The position numbers and the translations under genes were made by a program. Below the pieces are notes generated by a model. It searched no databases, had not been told where the DNA came from, and worked only from the letters and a program-made list of their open reading frames with translations. This document shows positions 1-9,001 of a stretch of DNA of 53,045 nucleotides, piece after piece. Within the stretch, counting starts at the first letter, position 1; every line of letters begins with the position of its first letter. Origin of the DNA: an uncultured Pirellula sp. GTDB lineage: Bacteria > Planctomycetota > Planctomycetia > Pirellulales > Pirellulaceae. Location of the stretch: assembly GCA_903820735.1 (NCBI GenBank), contig CAIJIZ010000216.1:1-53045 (forward strand), given 5' to 3'.

Positions 1-1
1 A

Positions 2-385
2 TGGCTTCGGGCACAATTGGCACTTGCTCAGAAACAAACGACGATTGCTGAGACAGAATGGAAAGCACTGGCTGCCAATCCAAACTTTTCCTCCGCTGCC
101 AACCGACGACTAGCGTTAAATTTTTCACAGCGTTCGAAGAAGACACCTGGGGATGCCAACCGAGCAGTTCTCGCAGCAACCAAGAGCTTACAAAGCGATG
201 ATACGAAAGCGACTTGGTTCGCACACTACGTTTTAGCGATCGCTCTTTACACGGCAGGGAAGTCAGACGAAGCGATCGAATCGCTCGATAAAGCTGTCGA
301 GCTCGCCAAAGAAGATCAGCTTGAACGCTGCGCTTCGCTTCGCAAAGCGATCGATGCAGCCGAAACACCTGATTTTGACTTCTGA
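2..385 (+). CDS. 5'-truncated TPR-like helical repeat protein (C-terminal fragment)
   Basis: The frame is open from the window edge to TGA at 383-385. TPR-like helices are present (HYVLAIALYTAGKSDEAIESLDKAVEL). Confidence 0.7.
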   Translation, partial: WLRAQLALAQKQTTIAETEWKALAANPNFSSAANRRLALNFSQRSKKTPGDANRAVLAATKSLQSDDTKATWFAHYVLAIALYTAGKSDEAIESLDKAVELAKEDQLERCASLRKAIDAAETPDFDF

Positions 386-654
386 CACCTTCAGTATTCC
401 ACAATTATTCTGCAATATTCCGGTGCTTAGTTCGCTTTTCTGAAGTTCTCGCATCGGATTAAGAAGTGAGATCCTGCATGCAGGGAAGCAGGATCGTGTT
501 CCCGTTCCTGTGCTGGTAGAGTTCATTGTGTTGAATTGGAGGGTCTTTCCACTGTGCACTCAAAACCCGAATGGATCCCAAAATTGCGGTAAAGCCAATA
601 AAACAAGGATTTAAATGGGCTTTCAGAATTTGTAACTCTCGTCAGTATTTTCCG

Positions 655-699
655 ATTATCACACTTTGGTGTTGTCTGGCGGCTTGAAAGTGTGATAAT
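655..699 (+). promoter_or_regulatory. Perfect 13-bp inverted repeat (operator-like) overlapping a sigma70-like promoter of the toxin/HTH pair
   Basis: ATTATCACACTTT (655-667) and AAAGTGTGATAAT (687-699) are exact reverse complements with a 19-bp spacer. TTGTCT (672-677) and TG-n-GATAAT (691-699) resemble -35 and extended -10 elements. Confidence 0.65.
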
Positions 700-752
700 T
701 CAGCTGGAAATCGAATTCTCGCAACGTATTGTTGAAAGGACGCCCCTTCAAT

Positions 753-1193
753 ATGACGAATTTACCGGGCAACATGACTGGGAACTACTATGTTCGAGCG
801 GTTCGTCCAGCATTCCACGATGCGAAGTACTGGCTTCCGCATATGCGAGATCGAGCATTGTTGAGACGCCATGCATTGAAATTGAGATTTTGGGGGGCTG
901 GCGGGTTGGTTGAGGATTTGGACTGGGATTGGATCAAGGCATTGAGGACAGAGAGGATTGGAGAACTGCGTATAGGAGATGCTCTAGGTGGTTGCGACAA
1001 TCTTCGAGTGATCACTTGGCATCCGCAGATTTTGGCGCGTCCGAGTTGGGCCCCAACGCATGAACCCGTTCCGCACATTTGGGTTATTGGAGTTTTACAG
1101 AAGAAACGAGATGAATTCACAAAGGCAAATTGCAAGACTTTTCTGCTACGACGGCGAACGGTTATTGATCGTTTTTATGATGGCAATGTTTAG
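753..1193 (+). CDS. Putative divergent RelE/HigB (Gp49-like) toxin
   Basis: Basic protein with the pattern IGELRI...NLRVI...IWVIGVLQKKRDEF, resembling the HigB/Gp49 ELR...R..Y...HxFxKK core. It lies directly upstream of an XRE HTH gene. GAAAGGA at 734-740 precedes ATG 753. Confidence 0.55.
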   Translation: MTNLPGNMTGNYYVRAVRPAFHDAKYWLPHMRDRALLRRHALKLRFWGAGGLVEDLDWDWIKALRTERIGELRIGDALGGCDNLRVITWHPQILARPSWAPTHEPVPHIWVIGVLQKKRDEFTKANCKTFLLRRRTVIDRFYDGNV

Positions 1194-1232
1194 ATGACGT
1201 TCACTTCACCTTTCCACTCCCCCTAGTGCTTG

Positions 1233-1733
1233 ATGGAAGACCTAATGGACACTCTCAAATCACAATCTGACGGCATCAAGTTTATCCACGCATACATGGA
1301 ATGCACAAATGACATCCAGCAACTCGTAAAGGAGTTGATTTACGATGTCATTTTATCCGACGATTCGGATGCGGATGAAAAACACATGGCGATATTTTCC
1401 GTCGCGGACGCACTCTTTCCGAATCCGTACAAGGGTTTGCACGGAATGGATTTGGCGGAGAGTGAATTTGATGCCGCATCTCGCGATCCTGAACTAGCAA
1501 AAATCGTAGCTGACATGAACGCCGAAGAGCTTTCATTCTCAGAACGATTGCGTTTGTTGATGGATGAGAAGGGTATTACCCAACAGTCATTAGCCGAATC
1601 CGTTGGCTTGGGGCAGTCTGCGATAGCAAATATTCTTTCTCGCGATTGCCGTCCTCAGCGTCGAACGGTAAAGAAAATTTCGCAGGCCTTGGGAGTTGAT
1701 CCAACGGATTTGTGGCCGTCGTATTCGAGCTGA
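1233..1733 (+). CDS. XRE/Cro-C1 HTH regulator with acidic N-terminal domain (putative HigA-like antitoxin)
   Basis: The C-terminal LRLLMDEKGITQQSLAESVGLGQSAIANILS...P...TVKKISQALGV is a typical XRE HTH. It is preceded by about 100 aa of acidic N-terminal sequence. Confidence 0.85.
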   Translation: MEDLMDTLKSQSDGIKFIHAYMECTNDIQQLVKELIYDVILSDDSDADEKHMAIFSVADALFPNPYKGLHGMDLAESEFDAASRDPELAKIVADMNAEELSFSERLRLLMDEKGITQQSLAESVGLGQSAIANILSRDCRPQRRTVKKISQALGVDPTDLWPSYSS

Positions 1734-2019
1734 CGTAATGTTGACAATACGCGAGTTGCCATTCTCGTCACTTAAGATGGACCATTTTTGTGGCGTGCTG
1801 GAACCTCGCTTGGACCTCATCGGTTCGAATGTCTAATTTGACGTCGGAGACGATCCAAGGGGATGTCAGTCCTAGAAGATCTTGGCAGAGTTCTTTGTCT
1901 TAAATAGTCAACGGTGCCTTTCCCCTGTAATGATACCATCACCCAAGATAATGCATGATAGACCAAAAATTATCGACCAAAATCAGCGCTAAATTTCCGA
2001 TCGTCCTAAAATTCATAGC

Positions 2020-3015
2020 ATGGACGATTCGCAATTACCAACACCGCATAACAACTTCTTCCATTACGCGTTCTCGCATGTCTCCGCCGCAAGGAGCTTG
2101 ATCGAGACTCATTTACCATTGAGTGTGATCGAAGCGTTGGATTTAAGCACGCTTGAGTTAATGAAAGACTCTTTCGTCGACGGCCATTTGCAAGAGAGCT
2201 ATTCGGATATCCTATATAGGGTCCAACTTGCAGACGCCCGAAGTGGCCCAGAGTCTTCCACCCCCGAAGCCTTGGTTTACATGCTTTTTGAACATAAAAG
2301 TGCTTCGGATACGTATACTTGCTTTCAATTGCTTCGTTACATCGTCCGCATTTGGGAGCATCGCCAACGCAACGGGTTGCGACTCTGTCCTGTGATTCCG
2401 ATGGTCGTTTATCATGGTACGAGGGCGTGGTCTGCCCCTCGCAGCTTGGATGAACTTATCGATGTACCACCAAGCGTTGCTCCGTACAGCGTGCGATTTA
2501 CTTTTCCGCTGCTAGATTTGACACAAGTTCCAGACGGATCGCTTGCAAGCGATCCCTTTTTGAAAAGCGTATTGCATCTGCTAAAATATAGTCGCAGGAA
2601 CGAGCTTTCGGATTGGTTCGAGCAAATTTTGTTGTGGTTGCTTGAACCAAGTGCTACCTCGTTCCGACGAGAGCATGTCGATGTTTTTTTGGTCTATGTG
2701 ATGGCAACCAGCCAAGCGATCCCAGCGGAGGTATTGTCGATGACTGTACAAAGGGTATTTCCGACCCAAATTGAACCTGGCTCCATTGCGGATCAGTTGC
2801 TGACAAGAGGCCGACAAGAAGGTCGTCAGGAAGGCCGACAAGAAGGCCGACAGGAAGGAATAAAAGCGAGTGAAATCTCGTTCATTCAAATGCTTCAGGA
2901 GAGCTTAGGTGTACCAATTGAGAGCACATCGAGTCTGCAGTCCTATTCACTTGATGAACTTCGATCTACAACTTTGGAACTATTAAGTCAAATTCAACGG
3001 CGCGATCGGCTCTAG
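2020..3015 (+). CDS. rpn: Rpn/YhgA-like recombination-promoting nuclease (Transposase_31 family, PD-(D/E)XK)
   Basis: Motifs: TPHNNFFH start, LDLSTLEL..DSFVD, SDILY, LFEHKS, PVIPMVVYHG, and C-terminal SIADQL followed by (GRQE)4G. Confidence 0.92.
   Translation: MDDSQLPTPHNNFFHYAFSHVSAARSLIETHLPLSVIEALDLSTLELMKDSFVDGHLQESYSDILYRVQLADARSGPESSTPEALVYMLFEHKSASDTYTCFQLLRYIVRIWEHRQRNGLRLCPVIPMVVYHGTRAWSAPRSLDELIDVPPSVAPYSVRFTFPLLDLTQVPDGSLASDPFLKSVLHLLKYSRRNELSDWFEQILLWLLEPSATSFRREHVDVFLVYVMATSQAIPAEVLSMTVQRVFPTQIEPGSIADQLLTRGRQEGRQEGRQEGRQEGIKASEISFIQMLQESLGVPIESTSSLQSYSLDELRSTTLELLSQIQRRDRL
2740..3015 (+). CDS. Candidate intragenic small protein (RpnS-like antitoxin, 91 aa) in frame within rpn
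   Basis: GGAGGT at 2727-2732 lies 7 nt before the in-frame ATG at 2740. The product would cover SIADQL, the GRQE repeats and the C-terminal helices. Confidence 0.5.
   Translation: MTVQRVFPTQIEPGSIADQLLTRGRQEGRQEGRQEGRQEGIKASEISFIQMLQESLGVPIESTSSLQSYSLDELRSTTLELLSQIQRRDRL
2809..2859 (+). repeat. 12-bp coding tandem repeat x4 (GRQE)
   Basis: ggccgacaagaa / ggtcgtcaggaa / ggccgacaagaa / ggccgacaggaa. Confidence 0.9.
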
Positions 3016-3143
3016 TCAACAAAATCGTCTCCCGTCGAACTGCATAAAATATGACGTGTGGTAGGCTTTGGATCTGCCTTGTTCGATCGTCCTATGTTCG
3101 ATCTGATTTCCTGATGTATCCGCACAACCAAGGGTAGAAGCGA

Positions 3144-4871
3144 ATGAGCCAGTTTCCAAACTCTCAAGACAGAAATTGGACCGTCACTCTTCACCTGAAA
3201 TGGTTCCTGAAACTTGTAATCTGCGTGCTTTTCCTGTGGGATTTGAATCGTTCCTGGGCGGAAACAACAGTTCGACCCAACGTGCTAGTGATCCTAGCCG
3301 ATGATCTTGGGTACTCGGACTTGGGCTGCTATGGAGGAGAAATTCGTACTCCGTGTATCGATCAATTCGCGAAGAACTCTTTACGCTTCGCTCAATTCTA
3401 TAATTCTGCTCGATGCTGCCCAAGCCGAGCAGCGCTTATGACTGGGCTGTATCCCACCCAAACCGGCATCGGGGACTTTACCTCCAATCAACCAGACGAA
3501 AGACGAGGCCCCGGTTATCTTGGTCGTCTCAATGGTCAATGCGCGACCATTGCGGAACTGCTAGATCCACTCGGATACGGATGCTACTTTGTCGGCAAAT
3601 GGCACATGCACCCGCAAACCGGTCCAATCGACAGAGGCTTTCACGAATTTTACGGATACACCCGAGATCACTCCCATAATCAATTCGATCGGGATTTCTA
3701 CGTGCGAATGCCGCAAGGCCGCAAGAAAGAGATCAATCCTCCTCCGGAGAATTTCTACGCTACCGACGTCTTTAATGCGTATGCCCTTGAGTTCATTCGC
3801 CAAGGACAAGCCCGCAATCAACCTTGGTTCGTGTTTCTGTCCCACTCTTCACCACACTTTCCGATCCAAGCTCCAGCGGAACGCGTTGTGCCTTACCAGA
3901 AAACCTACAGGAGAGGCTGGGATGTGCTTCGAGAAGAGCGATTCGAGCGTATGCGGTCGCTCGATTTGGTCGACGGAGAAGCTTGGAAACTAACCGAGAG
4001 GTCGCTCGTTCCGGTCGATGAAAACTCGATCGCAAATGGTTACTCGGGACAGCCAAACCCCGCTTGGAAAGACCTACCTGTCGAGCGTCAGCACGATCTT
4101 GCACAACGCATGGCCGTCTATGCAGCGATGGTCGAATCGATCGATCGAGGGGTAGGTGAAATCATCGAACACCTGCAAGCCACCAATGCTCTGGAAAATA
4201 CGCTCATTGTTTTCCTGAGCGATAACGGGGCTTGTTATGAATGGGGCCCATTCGGCTTCGATGGCGACTCTCGCAAGGGGACTACCAAGTTGCATGCGGA
4301 GAATGAGCTAAGTTTGATCGGTACGCCTGGTACCCACCAATCGTACGGAAGCGGATGGGCGAATTTGAGCAACACTCCGTTGCGTAGCTACAAACACTTC
4401 ACCTACGAAGGTGGAATCATCAACCCGTGCGTCGTGCATTATCCACCCCGAATCGGGACTGATGCTGAAAAGCTCAATCCTGGTTGGGTGCACCATCCAA
4501 CACACATGATCGATATCTTGCCGACCGTCCTCGATGTTGTTGGAACACGCTATCCTACTCGCGACGAACAGCCCGATTTGCTTCAGCCCGAAGGCTACTC
4601 GCTCTTTGAGGTTACCCAAGGCTTGCACGCCGCTCGTACCTTAGGATTTGACCATCAAGGGGCTCATGCGATCCGTCAAGGAGACTGGAAAGCGGTATGG
4701 ACCAAACGTTCTGCGACACCTGTGAGCTGGGAGCTGTATAATCTTCGGTCCGATCGTTGCGAAACCAACGACGTTTCAAGTCGGTTTCCGCAGCAGCGCG
4801 ATGCTTTGATCGAAGCCTGGGAACAATGGGCGAAGCGCGTAGGGGTCGAGTGGAACGACGCCATGCGTTAG
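3144..4871 (+). CDS. Arylsulfatase (formylglycine-dependent, Cys type)
   Basis: Motifs RPNVLVILADDLG, CCPSRAALMTG, GKWH and FLSDNG, plus an N-terminal hydrophobic signal. Confidence 0.95.
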   Translation: MSQFPNSQDRNWTVTLHLKWFLKLVICVLFLWDLNRSWAETTVRPNVLVILADDLGYSDLGCYGGEIRTPCIDQFAKNSLRFAQFYNSARCCPSRAALMTGLYPTQTGIGDFTSNQPDERRGPGYLGRLNGQCATIAELLDPLGYGCYFVGKWHMHPQTGPIDRGFHEFYGYTRDHSHNQFDRDFYVRMPQGRKKEINPPPENFYATDVFNAYALEFIRQGQARNQPWFVFLSHSSPHFPIQAPAERVVPYQKTYRRGWDVLREERFERMRSLDLVDGEAWKLTERSLVPVDENSIANGYSGQPNPAWKDLPVERQHDLAQRMAVYAAMVESIDRGVGEIIEHLQATNALENTLIVFLSDNGACYEWGPFGFDGDSRKGTTKLHAENELSLIGTPGTHQSYGSGWANLSNTPLRSYKHFTYEGGIINPCVVHYPPRIGTDAEKLNPGWVHHPTHMIDILPTVLDVVGTRYPTRDEQPDLLQPEGYSLFEVTQGLHAARTLGFDHQGAHAIRQGDWKAVWTKRSATPVSWELYNLRSDRCETNDVSSRFPQQRDALIEAWEQWAKRVGVEWNDAMR

Positions 4872-4903
4872 AGGTTTGAAACTGGGACGAAAAAGGGGGC
4901 GAA

Positions 4904-5455
4904 ATGAGTCATGATAGGCAAGCCAACTGGGAGTTGGTTCAAGAGTACGTACAGAGCGACTCTCTAAGACGACACATGTTAGCGGTCGAGGCTGCGATGC
5001 GAGCTTACGCTGCGAAGGTTGGGGAAGATATCGAATGTTGGGGTACCGTCGGCTTGTTGCACGACTTTGACTACGAGCGGTGGCCCAATCCTCCGGATCA
5101 TCCGATGCAAGGAAGTGCGATTCTACGTGAGCGAGGCTACTCGGAAGAGATCATCTACGCGATTCTTTCGCATGCGGATTACTTATCGCACGAGTATCCA
5201 CGCCGATCGCGTCTGGATCACGGGTTATACGCATGCGACGAACTGTGCGGTTTCTTGACAGCTTGCGCTATGGTTCGCCCACAGAAACTCGAAGGTATCA
5301 CGGCTTCGAGCGTCAAAAAGAAACTCAAGAATCTGAGTTTTGCAGCGGCGGTCAACCGGGATGACATCACACGTGGTGCTGAAGCTTTCGGAGTCGATCT
5401 CGATGAGCATATCGAATTTTGTGCAGCGGCGATGCACGCGGCGCAAATCGTGTGA
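4904..5455 (+). CDS. HD-domain metal-dependent phosphohydrolase
   Basis: Motifs LRRH, GLLHDFDYE, ILSH and ACDELCG. Confidence 0.88.
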   Translation: MSHDRQANWELVQEYVQSDSLRRHMLAVEAAMRAYAAKVGEDIECWGTVGLLHDFDYERWPNPPDHPMQGSAILRERGYSEEIIYAILSHADYLSHEYPRRSRLDHGLYACDELCGFLTACAMVRPQKLEGITASSVKKKLKNLSFAAAVNRDDITRGAEAFGVDLDEHIEFCAAAMHAAQIV

Positions 5456-5597
5456 GAATACTAACAGCTTCAACGTGTCACGGGACAGTTCTAAGAGCGT
5501 GGTGCTGGGGCCTGGCCCGCAACGGATCGTATCTGTGCGCATCGGCAAGCATTAGCGTGCCGCCCCATCGATTGCCTATCCATTGTCTGAAACAGTT

Positions 5598-7085
5598 ATG
5601 AAACCAACGAATCCTCCCTCGCAGTCCGCCAGTATCGTGAACAAACATCCTAGCCGCCGCGAATGCCTCCAGCATTTGATTGTGGCGATCGCTGCGACGA
5701 TGCCGATTCAAACGACTTCGGCGATTGAATCGGTGAGACAAACTAATGCCTTCCTAGCAGATTTTGCAATCGATGTGACGATCCCTATCGGCCATCGCTG
5801 TATGGGTGTTTTGCCCACGAAGTCCAAATCGATCGCCGATTCGCTTGAACTGCACGGTTTTGTTTTGCTAGGGCACGGCAAGCCAGTGGTCGTAGTGGCT
5901 ATCGATTGGTGCGAAATCCGAAATGGATCCTATGATCGTTGGCGGAAGACAATCGCAAACGCTGCACAAACCGACCCAAACCATGTTCTGCTAAGTTGCT
6001 TGCACCAACACGATGCACCGGTCATCGATGAAGATGCCCAACGCTATCTAGATCAAGTCGGACTACACGGTGAGCTCTTCGATCCAGTGTTTCATGACAA
6101 CGTACTTCGTCGGGCAGAGCAAGCGATTCGTCAAGCGATCGCAGAGGCAAAGTCGGATCCGGCGCGTAGGATCTCTCATGTCGGGTATTCGCAAGCTCAA
6201 GTTCATCAGGTTGCGTCAAATCGTCGAATTGTTCACGCAGATGGTAGCGTGAACTTTGCAAGAGGCTCAAGCAGTGGAAAGGAGCCACTTTTTCGTCAAG
6301 CTGACGAAGGGCTTATCGATCCATTTTTGCGCACCGTCTCGTTCTGGAATAACGACAACTGCATACTTGAATATCACACGTATGCTACGCATCCAATGAG
6401 CTACTACGGACGTGGTGAGGTCACTTCTGATTTCGTAGGGTTGGCACGCGAACGTCGTCAAAAGGAAACAGGGGATACCCATCAGATCTATGCTTCAGGA
6501 TGTAGCGGAGATGTTACTGCAGGGAAATACAATGACGGAACGCTTGAAGCTAGGGTTGCACTTACGGAAAAAATTCGTGATGCCATGCAGCGTAGCTCCG
6601 AAGGGGTTGCCAAGCAGCCGTGCGAGGGATGGCAAGTCCGCAGTACTCCGCTTGTATTGCCCTACAGCCGAGAGCCTTCTTTGCAAAAAGACGCACTGAT
6701 GGGGGTGCTCAACGATACGAATGCCACGATAGAGAACCGAATTCTAGCTGCGATGGGGCTCGCAAGCTTCGATCGAGCCGTTGTAAAGCAACAACCGGTC
6801 GATTTGGTCTGTTTAGACCTGGGGCTTCTCAAGCTCGTGCTCTTCCCAGGTGAGACCTTTGTAGGGTATCAGCCCTTAGCCCAGGCTATTAGCGAGAAAA
6901 GTAGTGACCGAGTCCCGATAGTATCCGTGGGGTATGCGGAATGTTGGACCGGTTACGTTCCCACCGAAGCGGCTTTCGCCGATGGTTTTCACGAGTCGTG
7001 GCTTTGGGTCGATCGAGGATCCGAGTCCTCGATCGATAGCGCACTTCGGAAATTATTCGATACGACTAATCTTCCAAGGCGATGA
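5598..7085 (+). CDS. Conserved exported metallo-hydrolase, neutral ceramidase-like fold (uncharacterised)
   Basis: Tat-like SRRECL. The motifs HQHDAP, YATHP, GCSGDV and FPGE parallel the ceramidase-like HTHxxP/H/GD/PGE motifs. Confidence 0.65.
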   Translation: MKPTNPPSQSASIVNKHPSRRECLQHLIVAIAATMPIQTTSAIESVRQTNAFLADFAIDVTIPIGHRCMGVLPTKSKSIADSLELHGFVLLGHGKPVVVVAIDWCEIRNGSYDRWRKTIANAAQTDPNHVLLSCLHQHDAPVIDEDAQRYLDQVGLHGELFDPVFHDNVLRRAEQAIRQAIAEAKSDPARRISHVGYSQAQVHQVASNRRIVHADGSVNFARGSSSGKEPLFRQADEGLIDPFLRTVSFWNNDNCILEYHTYATHPMSYYGRGEVTSDFVGLARERRQKETGDTHQIYASGCSGDVTAGKYNDGTLEARVALTEKIRDAMQRSSEGVAKQPCEGWQVRSTPLVLPYSREPSLQKDALMGVLNDTNATIENRILAAMGLASFDRAVVKQQPVDLVCLDLGLLKLVLFPGETFVGYQPLAQAISEKSSDRVPIVSVGYAECWTGYVPTEAAFADGFHESWLWVDRGSESSIDSALRKLFDTTNLPRR

Positions 7086-8130
7086 CTTCGCCCCCCGCAC
7101 GCGTACCGAGGGCTCGCCAAGTTTCAAGCTGGATGTTGCTGCTAAGGGATCGAACCGATCCGTCCATCAGCAATCCATGCACCATTCCGGTATGGTAACT
7201 GCGGCTCGTGATCACTGCCTGTGTCGCATTGACTTGATTGATCCCTTCGCGGATACCACTGATGTCGATGTCATAGATTTTTCCATCAGTCGCAGTGAAA
7301 AGGACTTTCGTCTGCGGAGCGAACTGGGTTGTAAACCCGCAATGAATCGCTCGGCCACATACCCATTCGGTGTGACCGCTGACGGCAGACCAAGCCCCAC
7401 CGGTGTAGGAACCGATCTGCTGCGGAGTCGCTGGGCCGGTAGTGGGCAAGTTGGGAACGTCGTGAAATCTCGCGTTGTAAGCTTTGACTTCCGACATACC
7501 GATTGTGTTGCTCAGTCCATCGACAAAACTTGCAGCGGTGAATCGTGCATTGGGAGCGAAAGCTGCCCCACCACTTTGTTTCGAGACCGGATCCCAAACC
7601 AAATATTGGCCCATCGACAAAGCGTAGTTAAGAGGATAATGCTCTGGTTGATTGGTGCTCGCATTGATGCGAGGCTTGTCCTCCGGTTCGCTCGGGCACA
7701 ACAGTACTGGGACCCGAACGGTGGCAATGCCATTGGGTGGGAAGTTGGCTTTGTTGATCGGATGATGATAGCCGACCGAGAAATCAATGTTCTTGTAAAC
7801 ATTGTCTCCTTCGAGAAAGGGAAGCAAAGCAGCTTGGCCAGACCAAGGCTGGTTTGCCGATCCTCCGGTGGTGTTTGCCGATGGGGGGAACCGCCGCATG
7901 GCGCTTTCGTAATTGTGAAGAGCCAACCCGAGTTGCTTGAGGTTATTACCACAACTCATACGCCTCGCCGCTTCCCGGGCGGCTTGGACCGCAGGGAGTA
8001 ACAGCCCGACGAGGATCCCGATGATGGCGATAACGACCAAAAGCTCCACGAGGGTAAATCCGCGTCGCGGACGGTTGGCCGATGGAACAAGCATGGTAGC
8101 CCGAAGGCGACCGAAACGCACAGCACTCAT
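7066..8130 (-). CDS. DUF1559 prepilin-type N-terminal cleavage/methylation domain protein
   Basis: GFTLVELLVVIAIIGILVGLLLPAVQAAREAARRMSCGNNLKQLGLALHNY at the N-terminus and an H-X9-DG motif (HTGMVHGLLMDG) at the C-terminus. Confidence 0.95.
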   Translation of the reverse strand: MSAVRFGRLRATMLVPSANRPRRGFTLVELLVVIAIIGILVGLLLPAVQAAREAARRMSCGNNLKQLGLALHNYESAMRRFPPSANTTGGSANQPWSGQAALLPFLEGDNVYKNIDFSVGYHHPINKANFPPNGIATVRVPVLLCPSEPEDKPRINASTNQPEHYPLNYALSMGQYLVWDPVSKQSGGAAFAPNARFTAASFVDGLSNTIGMSEVKAYNARFHDVPNLPTTGPATPQQIGSYTGGAWSAVSGHTEWVCGRAIHCGFTTQFAPQTKVLFTATDGKIYDIDISGIREGINQVNATQAVITSRSYHTGMVHGLLMDGSVRSLSSNIQLETWRALGTRAGGEVIALED

Positions 8131-8258
8131 AGTTTCACCTAGATACGTTCACGCGAAAAACGGAACGAACGAGTAAGGAGTTGGCTGGCTAGGATGAAGG
8201 AATTCTAAGTCTTCCTGGTTTCCGGTCGCTTGCTCAAAAATCAACGCAAGGTATTCTT

Positions 8259-8277
8259 ATTGAGACTCAGTATCATT
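8259..8277. promoter_or_regulatory. Fur-box-like 7-1-7 palindrome
   Basis: TGAGACT-C-AGTATCA (8261-8275) is 6/7 self-complementary and similar to TGATAAT-N-ATTATCA. It lies between the divergent DUF1559 and hemP genes. Confidence 0.6.
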
Positions 8278-8404
8278 TCAAGTCCGGGGTGGAGTTTTTC
8301 GGGTAAGATTTCCGCAGTATTTTATGCGAAAAAGGTCAGGGGGGTTGGTTTTCCCGCTGGAAGGTCAACGAGTTCTCTAATCCAAAGGTTTTCAAGAAGA
8401 AGCG

Positions 8405-8659
8405 ATGGACGAAAAAACGGCTGGCCAAGATTCTCAGGAACTTGCCCCTGAGCTTCCTAAAAACGTTTCAGCAGCGAACGAAAAGGGGAGTGATGGGGTA
8501 GGGGAGAGGGCCGACAATGCAGGTGCTTTGTCGCGTCTTCCCAAGATCATTGCGTTTCGAGAGTTATGTAGGTGCGGAGACGAGGTTTGGATTGAAAACG
8601 AAGGGCAATTATACCGGTTGAGACGAACCAAACAGGGGAAGCTGATTTTGACGAAATAG
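8405..8659 (+). CDS. hemP: Hemin uptake protein HemP
   Basis: The C-terminal EVWIENEGQLYRLRRTKQGKLILTK is the HemP signature. Confidence 0.9.
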   Translation: MDEKTAGQDSQELAPELPKNVSAANEKGSDGVGERADNAGALSRLPKIIAFRELCRCGDEVWIENEGQLYRLRRTKQGKLILTK

Positions 8660-8795
8660 AAGCATTAAAGCTCTTGTTTGCGGCTTGGAATTTAGGGTTA
8701 CCTGTGAGGAAATGATCGAGATTCCAGGTAGGCACCGCAGAGAAGGAAATGTACAAGGGATGGATGGAGATGGCTTTCGCGGAAAAGCTTTGGCA

Positions 8796-8824
8796 ATCGA
8801 GAATCAAATATCGAGAATCAAATA
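8796..8824. repeat. 14-bp tandem duplication upstream of desaturase 1
   Basis: ATCGAGAATCAAAT x2, exact. Confidence 0.8.
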
Positions 8825-9001
8825 CAGTGCGGCGAAGAGTCAAAACTGAAAAAATGTCCGTCGACGAGCGAACCAAGGGAAGCGATACTTGGACGACTTG
8901 CTGGAAATCCTTCACGGATTCCCCTGCGTTTTGCTTGTCGCATGCTCTCGGTGAGGATCGAATCTCATCGTTTCATTGCAACCACTAACCCAACAATCAC
9001 G

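Noticed and set aside
470-495. Hairpin GATCCTGC-N10-GCAGGATC
   Set aside because: It has an 8-bp stem without a U-tract, and no function can be supported.
2020-3015. rpn as an IS element ('putative transposase')
   Set aside because: I saw no terminal inverted repeats or target duplications, and Rpn proteins are not established transposases.
6934-8001. 355-aa + strand ORF
   Set aside because: It is the antisense shadow of the well-supported DUF1559 gene and has no recognisable motifs.
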